Of a DNA stretch of 64,000 nt, positions 1 through 10,591 are shown piece by piece. The stretch is from Candidatus Shapirobacteria bacterium. GTDB taxonomy: Bacteria; Patescibacteriota; Microgenomatia; UBA12405. The notes under the pieces are model-generated. The model did not search any database. It saw nothing but the letters and a program-made list of their open reading frames with translations, and was not told where the DNA came from. The translations under genes and the position numbers were made by a program. Position 1 is the first letter of the stretch. Every line of letters starts with the position of its first letter. The stretch covers positions 104,423 to 168,422 of the forward strand of contig JBAXAJ010000001.1 of assembly GCA_037142555.1 (NCBI GenBank), in the 5' to 3' direction.

Positions 1-1841
1 TTACTAAACAACAATGGGTGCCTATTCGTTATCAAGGTGAATTCATCGAAGGTCCAATTGACCAAGTTAAATTCATTGATTTAGTTCCAAATGAAATCGT
101 CGGTGCTTCTGCATCTATGATTCCTTTTGTTGATCATGATGATGCTACCCGTGCTTTGATGGGTTCCCACATGCAGACTCAAGCTGTTCCATTAATTGCT
201 CCTGAAGCTCCTTATGTCGGTACTGGCATGGAAAGTGCTATTGCTACTGCCATGGGAAGAACAGTTTTAGCCAACAGACCTGGTAAAGTCACTTATGCTG
301 ATGGTAGCCAAGTAGTCGTTACTCTTGATAAAAAGCTTAGCAACACTGAAAGTGAAAATAGCCAAATTAGTGAAGATGGTAAGACTGAAACCTATTATGT
401 AACTAAATTTGAAAGAACTTCACCATATGGAACTTGTTATAACCAAAAAACTAAAGTTCAAGTTGGTGACGTCATTAAAGCTGGCGATCTATTAATTGAT
501 GGTCCTTCAACTGACGGTGGTGAACTTTCAATTGGAAGAAATCTCTTAGTCGCTTATGCTGAAATCGATGGTTTAAATTACGAAGATTCATTCTTAATTT
601 CTGATCGTCTAGTCAAAGAAGACGTTTTCACCAACATCCAAATTTATGAATATTCAGCTCAAGTTGTTGAAACTAAACTTGGTTCTGAAGAATTAACAAA
701 AGACATTCCAAATGTTTCTGAAACTGAATTAGCTAAATTAACTGAAGACGGAATTGTCATGATTGGTGCCTCTGTTGGTCCAAATGACATTTTAGTCGGT
801 AAAGTCGAACCTCGTGGTGAAAAAGAATTATCCGCAGAAGAAAGACTTTTAAGAGCAATCTTTGGTGAAAAGGCTAGAGAAGTTAAAGATACTTCACTTC
901 GCATTCCAAATGGTGAAGGCGGTGTTGTCATTAAAGTTGATGTTCTCGATAAAGAAGCTGGTGATGAACTTGATCCAGGTGTTAACAAGATTGTTAAAGT
1001 TTATGTCGCTCAAATCAGACGTATCCAAGAAGGTGACAAGATTGCCGGAAGACATGGAAACAAAGGTGTCATCTGCCGAATCATGCCTCAATATGACATG
1101 CCTCGACTTGAAGACGGAACTCCAGTTGACTTAGTTATGTCACCAATTTCCGTTATTTCTCGTATGAACCTAGGTCAAATTCTAGAAACAACCTTAGCTT
1201 ATGCTGGTTACAAACTAGATAAAAAATATGCGGTTCCAGTTTTCGAAAAATATCCAGAAACTCAAATTGATAATGAATTAATTTCAGCTGGATTAAATGC
1301 CAATGGTAAAGTCCAACTTTACGATGGTCGAACTGGTGAAGCTTATGACCAACAATCAGTTGTTGGTATTGGCTACATCTTAAAACTTGTCCACATGGTT
1401 GACGATAAAGTTCATGCTCGTTCTACTGGTCCATACTCTTTAGTTACTCAACAACCACTCGGCGGTAAAGCTAGAATGGGAGGTCAAAGACTTGGAGAAA
1501 TGGAAGTCTGGGCACTTGAAGCTCATCGAGCTGCTCATGTCCTACAAGAAATGTTAACTCTTAAATCTGATGATATTGAAGGTAGAACTCATGCCTTCCA
1601 ATCAATCATTAAGGGTCTACCAATTCCAGAACCAGCCATTCCTGAATCATTTAAAGTTTTGACCAAAGAATTAGCCGGTCTAGCTCTAGATATTTCACCT
1701 ACTGGCATGGACGAATTTGCTCTTAGCCAATTAGAGGAAGAAGAAACAGTAGCACCAATAGTGGTGGAAGAAGAAACTATTGTTGCCGAGGAAGCAATTC
1801 CTGAAGAAGTTACTATTTCCGAGGAGGAACAAAATGCTTAA
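1..1841 (+). CDS. rpoB: RNA polymerase beta subunit, C-terminal part (runs off window start)
   Basis: Motifs GDKIAGRHGNKG, HARSTGPYSLVTQQPLGG, GGQRLGEMEVWALEA; acidic C-terminal tail. Confidence 0.99.
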   Translation, partial: TKQQWVPIRYQGEFIEGPIDQVKFIDLVPNEIVGASASMIPFVDHDDATRALMGSHMQTQAVPLIAPEAPYVGTGMESAIATAMGRTVLANRPGKVTYADGSQVVVTLDKKLSNTESENSQISEDGKTETYYVTKFERTSPYGTCYNQKTKVQVGDVIKAGDLLIDGPSTDGGELSIGRNLLVAYAEIDGLNYEDSFLISDRLVKEDVFTNIQIYEYSAQVVETKLGSEELTKDIPNVSETELAKLTEDGIVMIGASVGPNDILVGKVEPRGEKELSAEERLLRAIFGEKAREVKDTSLRIPNGEGGVVIKVDVLDKEAGDELDPGVNKIVKVYVAQIRRIQEGDKIAGRHGNKGVICRIMPQYDMPRLEDGTPVDLVMSPISVISRMNLGQILETTLAYAGYKLDKKYAVPVFEKYPETQIDNELISAGLNANGKVQLYDGRTGEAYDQQSVVGIGYILKLVHMVDDKVHARSTGPYSLVTQQPLGGKARMGGQRLGEMEVWALEAHRAAHVLQEMLTLKSDDIEGRTHAFQSIIKGLPIPEPAIPESFKVLTKELAGLALDISPTGMDEFALSQLEEEETVAPIVVEEETIVAEEAIPEEVTISEEEQNA

Positions 1842-4800
1842 ATTTAAAAATATGATCGATTTTACCGGCTTACAAATAAAATTAGCCTCTCCAGAAGAAA
1901 TTTTATCTTGGTCAAACGGTGAAGTCTTAAAACCAGAAACTATTAATTATCGAAGTTGGAGACCTGAAAAGGACGGTCTCTTCTGTGAAAAGATTTTCGG
2001 ACCATCACGTGACTATGAATGTTACTGTGGTAAATACAAAAAAATCCGATTCAAGGGTGTAATCTGTGATCGCTGTGGTGTTGAAGTCACTACTTCAAAA
2101 GTTCGACGTGACCGAATGGGACACATCGCTCTTGCTGCCCCTGTAACTCATCTTTGGTATTTAAGAAACACTCCATCTCCAATCGGAGTCATTCTTGATG
2201 TTCCTCAAAAAGATCTAGAAGCTGTTGTCTATTTCACTAAATATTTAATCACTTCTGTTGATGATGAAAAGAGAAAAGAAGCTTTAGTCAATTTAAGAGA
2301 AAATTCTAAAAAGAGACAAGAACAAATTGATGTTGATTGTAAAAGAAATGTTACTGAAAAAACAGAACAAATTAACAAAGAAAAAACTGAATTAAAAACT
2401 AAAATTAAAAATTCAGATCAACTTCATATTGCTGAATCAGAAAGAGACGTCAAATTAAAGCAAGATGTTCAAAAAATTGAAAACAAAGCTAATTCTGAAA
2501 AAAATAGAATTGAAAGTTTGATTAACTACTTAGAAGATAAGATTCAATCTCTCCAAGTGCTATCTACTCTTTCTGATGAAGAAAGTTTCTATCTTTCTCA
2601 ATTCAAAGCGGACCTCTTTTTTGAAGCTAAAATGGGTGCTGAAGCTATCATTGAAGTCTTAAAACAAATTGATTTAACTGAAACTGTCAAAAATCTTAAA
2701 AAAGAATTAGCTAAAACTAGTTCAAAACTTAAGAAAAAGAAAATCATGTATAAAATCAGAATTTTAAACGGCATGATTGCAAATGACATCAAATCTGAAT
2801 GGACAGTTCTAACTAACGTCCCAGTCATTCCGCCAGATTTAAGACCTATGGTCCAACTAACTGGTGGTCGTTTTGCTACTTCCGATTTAAATGATTTATA
2901 TCGACGTTTAATCAACCGAAATAATCGTCTTAAAAAATTACTTAAGCTTGGTGCTCCAGAAATTATTTTAAGAAATGAAAAGAGAATGTTACAAGAATCT
3001 GTTGACATCTTAATTGATGCTCAAAAGAGCTCTAAAAACAAACGAAAGAGTGCTAAAAGAACTCCAAGATCTCTTTCAGATCTATTACGCGGTAAGAAAG
3101 GTCGTTTCCGAAGAAATCTTTTAGGTAAAAGAGTTGACTATTCAGGTCGTTCAGTAATCGTCGTCGGTCCTGAACTTAAACTAGATCAAGTCGGTTTACC
3201 AAAAGAAATCGCTCTTGAAATGTATCGTCCATTCGTTTTACGTGAATTGATGATGACTGAAGTTGCTCCAAACATTAAAAGTGCTAAAAACTTAATTGAT
3301 CGCCGATCAAACGAAGTCTATGATATTTTGGAAAAAGTCACTAAAGACAGCTATGTTTTATTAAATCGTGCTCCAACTTTACACAAACTTTCAATCCAAT
3401 CTTTCAAACCAGTTCTAGTCGACGGTTTAGCTATCAGATTACATCCTTGTGTCTGTAAAGGTTTCAACGCTGATTTCGACGGAGATCAAATGGGTGTCCA
3501 TTTACCACTTTCTGATGCTTCCCAAAAAGAAGCTAAGAAATTGATGTTACCTTCACAAAACTTATTAAAACCATCCGATGGTATGCCTGTTTCTGTTCCA
3601 ACTCAAGGTATGGCAGTAGGCTGTTATTACATCACTTCTGTCAGATCTGAAGATCTAGACAAAGAAACTACCCAAAGCTTTGAAGGTCTATCAATCTTTT
3701 CTGATCCTCAAGAAGTTGATTTAGCTTATGAATCTAGAAAAATCGGGTTAAGAGAATTAATTGTCGTCAGAATGGATAGTAAATTAGTCAAAACCACTCA
3801 TGGTCGAATTTGGTTCAACAAAATTTTGCCAAAAGAATTCGATTTTGTTAACGAATCAATGGCTGGTTCAAAAGCCGTCAATGATTTAGTTGTTAAATCT
3901 CTCGAAATTGCTGGCCGAATTCGAACTGCCAGATTAATTGATGATCTTAAAGACATTGGTTTCAAAGGTTTCACTCTTTCTGGAATTTCTCTTTCTATGG
4001 CTGACTGCGGTTACCTAGCTGGAAAAGAAAAATTAATTGAAGTTGCTAACAAAGAAGTCGTTGAAATTGAAGAAAACTACAAAAATGGTTTAATCAGCAA
4101 CGATGAAAAGAAAAGATTGAGTCAAAGTGTTTGGATGGAAAAGACCGAAGAAATTGCCGAAAAAACTTGGGCAACTCTAGACATCGATTCTCCAATCAGA
4201 ATCATTTCATCTGCAGGAATTAAGCGTGCTTCTAAAGATCAAATTAAACAGCTTTCAGGTATGAGAGGTTTAATGGTCGATCCAACTGGAAAGATTGTTC
4301 AACTTCCAACTAAATCAAACTTCCGAGAAGGTCTATCAGTGTTCGAATATGTCACTGGTGCCAGAGGAACTAGAAAAGGTCTAGCTGACACAGCTCTAAA
4401 GACCGCTGACGCTGGTTATTTGACCAGAAGACTTGTCGATGCTGCTCATATTTCTATCATTAGAATGGATGAATGCGGAACTAAAGAATTCCTTACTGTC
4501 GAAAGCAACGATAAAGGTCGTGAAAGATACTTTGGTCGACGTATTATTGGTCGTGTCCTATTCAATGATGTTATTGATCCAAAAACTAAAAAAGTTATAG
4601 TTGCCAAGGGTTCACTCCTAGATAACCACATGGTTTCTGACATTGAAGCTGCTAACGTCGCTTCAGTTGACATCAGATCACCATTAACTTGTGCTTCTGA
4701 AACTGGTCTTTGTCAACAATGTTATGGTTGGGATCTTTCTACTCGAAGATTAGTCGATGTTGGTGTTCCAGTTGGTGTCGTCGCTGCTCAATCAGTCGGT

Positions 4801-5577
4801 GAACCTGGTACTCAGTTAACTCTTCGTACTAAACACACCGGAGGTGTCGTCGGAATCGATGTGACACAAGGTCTACCTCGTGTCCAAGAACTTTTCGAAA
4901 TCAGAATGCCAAAACTTCCATCTCCACTAGCTGAAATTAGTGGAAAGATTAAAGTTAAAGAAACTATTGATGGCTACGAAATCAAATTAACTGGTAAAGA
5001 TGAAAATAACGCTCCAAAAGTTGTTAACTACCTTTTACCAAGCAACGTTGTTCTTCTAGTCGCTGATGGTGATTTAATTGCTCAAGGTACTCAACTTTGT
5101 TCAGGCTCACTTGATGTCCGTGAAATCATGGAAGTTAAGGGAATTAAATCTGCTCAAAAGTATCTTGTTGATTCAATCCAAGGTGTCTACGAATCTCAGG
5201 GAATCACTGTTCATGACAAGCATCTTGAAGTTATCGTTAAAGAAATGAGCGATAAGATTAAGATTGAAGACCCAGGTGACACCTACTTCCTTTATGGTCA
5301 AATTATTACTGCTGCTGTTTTCAACGCTGCTAATAATAAAGCCAAAGCTGAAGGCGGCAAAATCGCTAAAGGTAAAAAAGTCTTATTAGGTCTTATTCAA
5401 TCTGCTTTAACCACTGGTTCTTGGTTGTCTGCTGCTTCATTCCAACAAACAACTAGTGTTTTGACCGAAGCATCCTTGCTTGCTGAGATTGACAACTTGA
5501 TTGGTCTTAAAGAAAATGTTATTATCGGACGATTAATACCTGTCGGTAAAGATCAAAAAATTGAGGTTAAAATATAA
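1834..5577 (+). CDS. rpoC: RNA polymerase beta' subunit
   Basis: Catalytic NADFDGDQM, Zn finger CYCGKY..CDRC; ATG at 1834 after GAGGAGG, overlapping the rpoB stop. Confidence 0.99.
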   Translation: MLKFKNMIDFTGLQIKLASPEEILSWSNGEVLKPETINYRSWRPEKDGLFCEKIFGPSRDYECYCGKYKKIRFKGVICDRCGVEVTTSKVRRDRMGHIALAAPVTHLWYLRNTPSPIGVILDVPQKDLEAVVYFTKYLITSVDDEKRKEALVNLRENSKKRQEQIDVDCKRNVTEKTEQINKEKTELKTKIKNSDQLHIAESERDVKLKQDVQKIENKANSEKNRIESLINYLEDKIQSLQVLSTLSDEESFYLSQFKADLFFEAKMGAEAIIEVLKQIDLTETVKNLKKELAKTSSKLKKKKIMYKIRILNGMIANDIKSEWTVLTNVPVIPPDLRPMVQLTGGRFATSDLNDLYRRLINRNNRLKKLLKLGAPEIILRNEKRMLQESVDILIDAQKSSKNKRKSAKRTPRSLSDLLRGKKGRFRRNLLGKRVDYSGRSVIVVGPELKLDQVGLPKEIALEMYRPFVLRELMMTEVAPNIKSAKNLIDRRSNEVYDILEKVTKDSYVLLNRAPTLHKLSIQSFKPVLVDGLAIRLHPCVCKGFNADFDGDQMGVHLPLSDASQKEAKKLMLPSQNLLKPSDGMPVSVPTQGMAVGCYYITSVRSEDLDKETTQSFEGLSIFSDPQEVDLAYESRKIGLRELIVVRMDSKLVKTTHGRIWFNKILPKEFDFVNESMAGSKAVNDLVVKSLEIAGRIRTARLIDDLKDIGFKGFTLSGISLSMADCGYLAGKEKLIEVANKEVVEIEENYKNGLISNDEKKRLSQSVWMEKTEEIAEKTWATLDIDSPIRIISSAGIKRASKDQIKQLSGMRGLMVDPTGKIVQLPTKSNFREGLSVFEYVTGARGTRKGLADTALKTADAGYLTRRLVDAAHISIIRMDECGTKEFLTVESNDKGRERYFGRRIIGRVLFNDVIDPKTKKVIVAKGSLLDNHMVSDIEAANVASVDIRSPLTCASETGLCQQCYGWDLSTRRLVDVGVPVGVVAAQSVGEPGTQLTLRTKHTGGVVGIDVTQGLPRVQELFEIRMPKLPSPLAEISGKIKVKETIDGYEIKLTGKDENNAPKVVNYLLPSNVVLLVADGDLIAQGTQLCSGSLDVREIMEVKGIKSAQKYLVDSIQGVYESQGITVHDKHLEVIVKEMSDKIKIEDPGDTYFLYGQIITAAVFNAANNKAKAEGGKIAKGKKVLLGLIQSALTTGSWLSAASFQQTTSVLTEASLLAEIDNLIGLKENVIIGRLIPVGKDQKIEVKI

Positions 5578-5999
5578 TGCCAACATTCAATCAACTAATT
5601 AAAAGTGGTCGAAAGACTAGAGTTCTAAAATTAAAAACTGGTGCTTTGCGAAAAAATTTCAACAGCATTAAGAACAGATTAATAGACACTATTAATCCAG
5701 TTAAAAAAGGCGTCGTTATTTCGGTTAAAACTATGACTCCAAAAAAGCCACATTCGGCTTTAAGAAAAATAGCTAAGGTCAAACTTAGTAACCGAAACAT
5801 CGTTACTGCCTACATTCCAGGTATTGGTCACAACTTAGCTGAACACAGCATCGTTAGTGTCCGAGGTGGAAGAGTTAGAGATTTACCAGGTGTTCGCTAC
5901 CGTGTTATTCGTGGTAAGTATGATGCCGGCGCAGTTGCTGGTAGAATGCAATCACGCAGTAAATATGGTGCTAAGAAACCTAGCGCTAAAACCGCCTAA
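5577..5999 (+). CDS. rpsL: 30S ribosomal protein S12
   Basis: [30 protein letters not shown]. Confidence 0.98.
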   Translation: MPTFNQLIKSGRKTRVLKLKTGALRKNFNSIKNRLIDTINPVKKGVVISVKTMTPKKPHSALRKIAKVKLSNRNIVTAYIPGIGHNLAEHSIVSVRGGRVRDLPGVRYRVIRGKYDAGAVAGRMQSRSKYGAKKPSAKTA

Positions 6000-6038
6000 A
6001 TTAAAATTTTAGAAATTAGAAATTAGAAATTTAAATAT

Positions 6039-6521
6039 ATGTCAAGAAAAGGTCCAAGTAAAATTAGAGAAGTCAATCCTGACACTATCTACAACAGCAT
6101 TATAATTACAAAAATTATAAACTCTACAATGAGAGCTGGCAAAAGAGGTCCAGCTGAAAAGCAAGTTTATGATGCTCTAGAAATTCTTAAAAAAGAATAT
6201 CCAGCAGATGATGTAGTAGCTACCCTAGATAGAGCTCTAGAAAATATCAAACCAAAAGTTGAAGTTCGACCTCGCCGAATTGGTGGTGCTGTCTATCAAG
6301 TTCCAACTCCAGTTCGTGGTAATAGACAAAATTCTCTCGCTATTCGTTGGTTATTAACTTCTGCCCGAGCTAAAGCTAATAAGCAATATCATTCTTTCGC
6401 TGAAAAACTAGCTGCTGAACTCAGTTCTGCTATTAAAAGTGAAGGTGCTTCTGTAACTAAGAGAATGGAAATCGAAAGAATGGCTGATGCTAATAAAGCA
6501 TTTGCTCATTTGAGGTGGTAA
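6039..6521 (+). CDS. rpsG: 30S ribosomal protein S7
   Basis: VRPRRIGGAVYQVP, MADANKAFAHLRW. Confidence 0.98.
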   Translation: MSRKGPSKIREVNPDTIYNSIIITKIINSTMRAGKRGPAEKQVYDALEILKKEYPADDVVATLDRALENIKPKVEVRPRRIGGAVYQVPTPVRGNRQNSLAIRWLLTSARAKANKQYHSFAEKLAAELSSAIKSEGASVTKRMEIERMADANKAFAHLRW

Positions 6522-6530
6522 ACTAAATTA

Positions 6531-7991
6531 ATGTCACTATTTTCTAAACCAAAAGTCGTTTTATGGCCAAAAGCCGAATCTGTTGAAGTCTACATTGACA
6601 GGAAAGAAAACAACAATCTTTCTTTCGATATCAATCTTTGGGAAGAAAAATCCGAAAAAGACCTAGGTCCGCTTTTCTATTATCTAAAACAAAACAAAAT
6701 TGAATCTTGTTCTGTCTTAATTCCAGATGACATTCTTTTAACCAAATCCTTCATCTACGACACCAAAATCACCGAAATCGACAAAAAAGAGGTGATTGGG
6801 CTAGCTGAAAGTTTTGTTCAATTCAAAATTGATCCTGATTCTATTGAATACACTCTTCTTCAAGAAGCCGACAAGACCATAATTCAATCAACTATTTCTC
6901 AAAAAAAGAAAATAGACACTCTAAAACTAAACCTCGCCAAGTTAAATTTAAAAATTAATTCTTTAACTTCTGTTTCTGCTTCAATTTCAAAAGTAATTTC
7001 TAGCCTTAACAGTGGGGAATTCTTCTTAATCTATCCTCTAAATAGTCAAGAATACACTCTTCTTCTATCAAGAAACAACGTCATATATCTAACTGCCAAT
7101 CTTAAAGGGCCATCCCTTGACATTCAAAAAACCATTAACTATTCCACCCTATACTTCGGATCAATCACTAAAAAGATTTATGTTCCAGATATAAAAGAAG
7201 TTGAAATTTTAAGCACTACCGATTTGGAAAAAACCACCTATAATGAAACCCAAATTGCCCAAAGCAGGGGAAAGGCTTCAAACCTACCACTTCCAGTTTT
7301 AGGTGAGTTAATTAGCACAAATTCCACTTATACTGATATAATAAAGCAACCAACTGATATTAGTTTAAAAAAACCTATGGAAAATAAAAAAAATATTCTA
7401 CCTATAGTTGCAGTCTTTATCTTTACTGCAGCCCTAGCCTCAATTATTATTTATATTGTCCTAACCCGCAATAAGACTGAAGATACTCAATCTCCAGCTT
7501 CTGACACTCAATCTCAAATTGAAGAAACTATCCCAACAATTGAACCTGTTGCTACTATAGCTCCAACAATTGCTGAAATTAGTAAAGCTCTCAAACTCCA
7601 AGTTTTAAATGCTACTGAAATTAATGGCCAAGCTGCCACTGTTAAATCAGAATTAGCTGCTCTTGGTTTCACCAGCATCGCTGTTGGTAACAGCAAAGAA
7701 GCTGTGACTTCTAACCAAGTCAAACTTAAAGCTAGCTTATCCACTGCTTCTGCTTATTTCAAAAGCAAAATGGATGCTAATTTCCCAGCTACCTACACAA
7801 GTGATCTTCCAGCTTCCTCTCAATATGACGCTGTCTTCATCATTGGTACTGATTTAAGCACTGGTGCTGCTGCAACTTTAAAAACTACAGTTACTCCAAC
7901 AGTCGCCAAGACTACAGTTACCCCAACAGTCACCAAGACTGCTACTCCAAGTGTAACTAAGGCTCCAACTGCCGTTCCAACTGTAAGATAA
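6531..7991 (+). CDS. Membrane protein: N-terminal PilM/actin-like region, one TM helix, LytR C-terminal (LytR_C) domain, Thr/Pro-rich tail
   Basis: LQVLNATEINGQAATVKSELAALGF..VGN is LytR_C-like; TM ILPIVAVFIFTAALASIIIYIVL; the PilM likeness of the N-terminus is weak. Confidence 0.6.
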   Translation: MSLFSKPKVVLWPKAESVEVYIDRKENNNLSFDINLWEEKSEKDLGPLFYYLKQNKIESCSVLIPDDILLTKSFIYDTKITEIDKKEVIGLAESFVQFKIDPDSIEYTLLQEADKTIIQSTISQKKKIDTLKLNLAKLNLKINSLTSVSASISKVISSLNSGEFFLIYPLNSQEYTLLLSRNNVIYLTANLKGPSLDIQKTINYSTLYFGSITKKIYVPDIKEVEILSTTDLEKTTYNETQIAQSRGKASNLPLPVLGELISTNSTYTDIIKQPTDISLKKPMENKKNILPIVAVFIFTAALASIIIYIVLTRNKTEDTQSPASDTQSQIEETIPTIEPVATIAPTIAEISKALKLQVLNATEINGQAATVKSELAALGFTSIAVGNSKEAVTSNQVKLKASLSTASAYFKSKMDANFPATYTSDLPASSQYDAVFIIGTDLSTGAAATLKTTVTPTVAKTTVTPTVTKTATPSVTKAPTAVPTVR

Positions 7992-8006
7992 TCAAAAAGA
8001 ATTTTT

Positions 8007-8034
8007 AATACCCCTGCCCCGCAGGGGTATTTTT
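8007..8034 (+). terminator. Intrinsic terminator
   Basis: AATACCCCTGC-CCC-GCAGGGGTATT followed by a T-run. Confidence 0.85.
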
Positions 8035-8141
8035 GTATTAAGCCAAAAAAAATACTCTAAAAAGAAAATGATAGCTTGCGCTAATCAAAATCCATTCAAA
8101 GTATTTTGTCCTACGACCTCAGATTGTTGTTTTTTTTTAAA

Positions 8142-8789
8142 TTAAAGTAAATTGGAGTAATTAGCAATAAAAGTTGCCATAGCCATCTGTGAAACACCAC
8201 AAGAAAATTTAATATCTTTAATTGGGATAAAATCTAATTTTTTATAATTTTTCCCATTAAGCATAATATCTCTTTGTGAATTAACTTCACTTTCTAAAAC
8301 TAAGCAAGAATAAATGTGGATTCCTCCTCCTTCTGAATAAGAGAACCAAGCAGTGTCCATATTAAATGGGCCACCAAGATGAGTAAACCTATCTTTTGGG
8401 ATAATTAAACCACCTTCATCTTCCTCTGAAAGCTCTCTAATAGCAGCATCCATTGGGTCCTCGAAGTTTTCTTTTTTAAAATCTGCATAACCTCTGGGTA
8501 GTTCATCAAAGTATCCATCTGCAGTTGATCTGTACACATCTTTTAAAACACCGATTAGTAAAGCATTTGGTGTTTCCATAAAAGGCACAATTACCGCGGA
8601 AGGAGCAGTGATAGCTATTCTTGTTTGACAGTGTGAGACTTCACCTCTTTCATTTAAAACTAAGCCATACTGAGCCTGGATTCCCATTTTTTCATTTTTT
8701 ATGATTAATCCATCTCTTCCTCCTACAATTTCCCATCTTTTATTTTCTTCAATTTCTTTTGGAATTTTTGTTGTGAACCTTTTATCCAT
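8142..8789 (-). CDS. Nudix-family hydrolase (ADP-ribose pyrophosphatase-like)
   Basis: ELPRG...EDPMDAAIRELSEE Nudix-box-like motif; SD GAGG upstream. Confidence 0.7.
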   Translation of the reverse strand: MDKRFTTKIPKEIEENKRWEIVGGRDGLIIKNEKMGIQAQYGLVLNERGEVSHCQTRIAITAPSAVIVPFMETPNALLIGVLKDVYRSTADGYFDELPRGYADFKKENFEDPMDAAIRELSEEDEGGLIIPKDRFTHLGGPFNMDTAWFSYSEGGGIHIYSCLVLESEVNSQRDIMLNGKNYKKLDFIPIKDIKFSCGVSQMAMATFIANYSNLL

Positions 8790-8952
8790 TTTTATTACCT
8801 CTTTTCTCCCTATTTGATGAAAGGGAAGTTGGGTCTAAAACATATAGGCCCAGTTTCCCTCTCATCAAATTCAACAAATCTGATTTTTAAAGAACTAAAT
8901 CATAAGTTCTAAGCTTAGCGATTAAGCATATTTCCCATGATTTATCAAAGGT

Positions 8953-8981
8953 ATTATATCCCATAATAGTCATTTTGTCAA
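8953..8981 (-). promoter_or_regulatory. Consensus sigma70 promoter for the Nudix gene
   Basis: Minus strand reads TTGACA-N17-TATAAT. Confidence 0.8.
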
Positions 8982-9047
8982 TTTATAATGTCTTAATTCA
9001 AACTTAAACTTGCCCAAATGCCGTGATTGAATTAAAATAGACTTATT

Positions 9048-10061
9048 ATGAAAATATTAATCACTGGTGGTCTAGGTTTCATTGGTTCAAATTTCATTCG
9101 TTATTGGCTTAAAAAACATCCTAATGATGAGATAGTCAATCTTGACAGCGTCACTTATGCTGCCAATTTCAAAAGCATGATTGAAGTTGAAAGCAACTTA
9201 AATTATAGTTTTGTCCGTGGTGACATTTGTGATGAAAAATTAGTTGATCAAATAATGTCCAAAGGCATTGACATGGTTGTTCATTTTGCTGCCGAATCCC
9301 ATGTTGATCGATCAATTGATGATCCATCTCTTTTTGTCAGGACTAATGTTCTCGGAACCTATGTTCTTCTTAACGCCGCCACTAAATACAACATTAAACG
9401 TTTCCACCACATCTCTACTGATGAAGTTTTTGGTTCAATTGAATTTGGTTCAAACAAGCAATTCAAAGAAACAACTCCTTATGATCCTTCCAGCCCTTAT
9501 TCAGCTTCCAAAGCTTCCTCCGATCATTTAGTTCGATCTTTCTACAAAACTTTTGGACTTCCAGTAACCATCAGCAATTGTTCTAACAACTATGGTCCAT
9601 TCCAACATCCAGAAAAAATGATTCCTCGATCTATCACTAACATCTTAAATGGAAACAAAATCAAAGTTTATGGAAAAGGTCTAAACTTCCGAGATTGGCT
9701 TCATGTTGAAGATCATTGCCGAGCTATCGAAGTTATCTTATTAAAAGGTAAAATAGGTGAAACTTATTGCATTGGTGGTCTCAAAAAAGGCACCAGTAAC
9801 ATCGATCTAGTCAAAGCAATGTTGGGTCTAATGGGCAAGAGTGAGAGTGAAATTGAATATGTTGCCGACAGACCAGCTCATGATAATTATGCCGTTAATT
9901 GGGACAAAATCAATAAAGAACTAGGTTGGGAACCAATCTATGATCTAGATTCTGGTCTCGAACAAACAATCAATTGGTACACTGAAAATAAAGAATGGTA
10001 TGAAGAAACCAAAAAAGAAGCCGAAGAATTCTACATAAAATTAAATAAAGCCAAAAAATAA
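9048..10061 (+). CDS. rmlB: dTDP-glucose 4,6-dehydratase
   Basis: ITGGLGFIGSNF, HFAAESHVDRSI, HISTDEVFG, YSASKAS. Confidence 0.95.
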   Translation: MKILITGGLGFIGSNFIRYWLKKHPNDEIVNLDSVTYAANFKSMIEVESNLNYSFVRGDICDEKLVDQIMSKGIDMVVHFAAESHVDRSIDDPSLFVRTNVLGTYVLLNAATKYNIKRFHHISTDEVFGSIEFGSNKQFKETTPYDPSSPYSASKASSDHLVRSFYKTFGLPVTISNCSNNYGPFQHPEKMIPRSITNILNGNKIKVYGKGLNFRDWLHVEDHCRAIEVILLKGKIGETYCIGGLKKGTSNIDLVKAMLGLMGKSESEIEYVADRPAHDNYAVNWDKINKELGWEPIYDLDSGLEQTINWYTENKEWYEETKKEAEEFYIKLNKAKK

Positions 10062-10591
10062 TGCCAAATTTCATTAAAACCAAAATCGAAGGTCTAGTTA
10101 TAATCGAACCATCAGTTTTTGCTGATGATCGTGGTTTCTTCATGGAAACCTACAACCAAAAAGTTTTTGCCGAAAATGGAATTGATGTCACTTTTGTTCA
10201 AGATAATCATTCCAGATCAAGCAAAGGTGTTTTGCGAGGTCTTCATTTTCAACAAGAGCCTTATGCTCAAGACAAACTAATCAGATGCACCAAGGGTGAA
10301 GTTTTTGATGTCGCTATTGATCTTCGACCAGACTCACCAACTTTTGGCCAATATGAAGGCATAGTTCTTTCAGAAGAAAATAAAAAAATGTTTTTCATTC
10401 CAAAAGGTTTTGCCCATGGCTTTCTAGTTTTAAGTGAAATTGCCGATTTCCAATATAAATGCACTAATCTTTATAATAAAGAATCTGAAGGCGGTCTAAT
10501 GTGGAACGATCCAAAAGTCGCCATCGATTGGCCAAAATTAGACATAAATTATATTTTGTCTGAAAAAGATAATAACTGGCCAAATCTATGA
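10061..10591 (+). CDS. rmlC: dTDP-4-dehydrorhamnose 3,5-epimerase
   Basis: DDRGFFME, QDNHSRS..VLRGLHFQ, IPKGFAHGF. Confidence 0.95.
   Translation: MPNFIKTKIEGLVIIEPSVFADDRGFFMETYNQKVFAENGIDVTFVQDNHSRSSKGVLRGLHFQQEPYAQDKLIRCTKGEVFDVAIDLRPDSPTFGQYEGIVLSEENKKMFFIPKGFAHGFLVLSEIADFQYKCTNLYNKESEGGLMWNDPKVAIDWPKLDINYILSEKDNNWPNL

Noticed and set aside
7880-7988. Short repeats encoding TTVTPTV(A/T)K
   Set aside because: Ordinary low-complexity Thr/Pro linker of a surface protein
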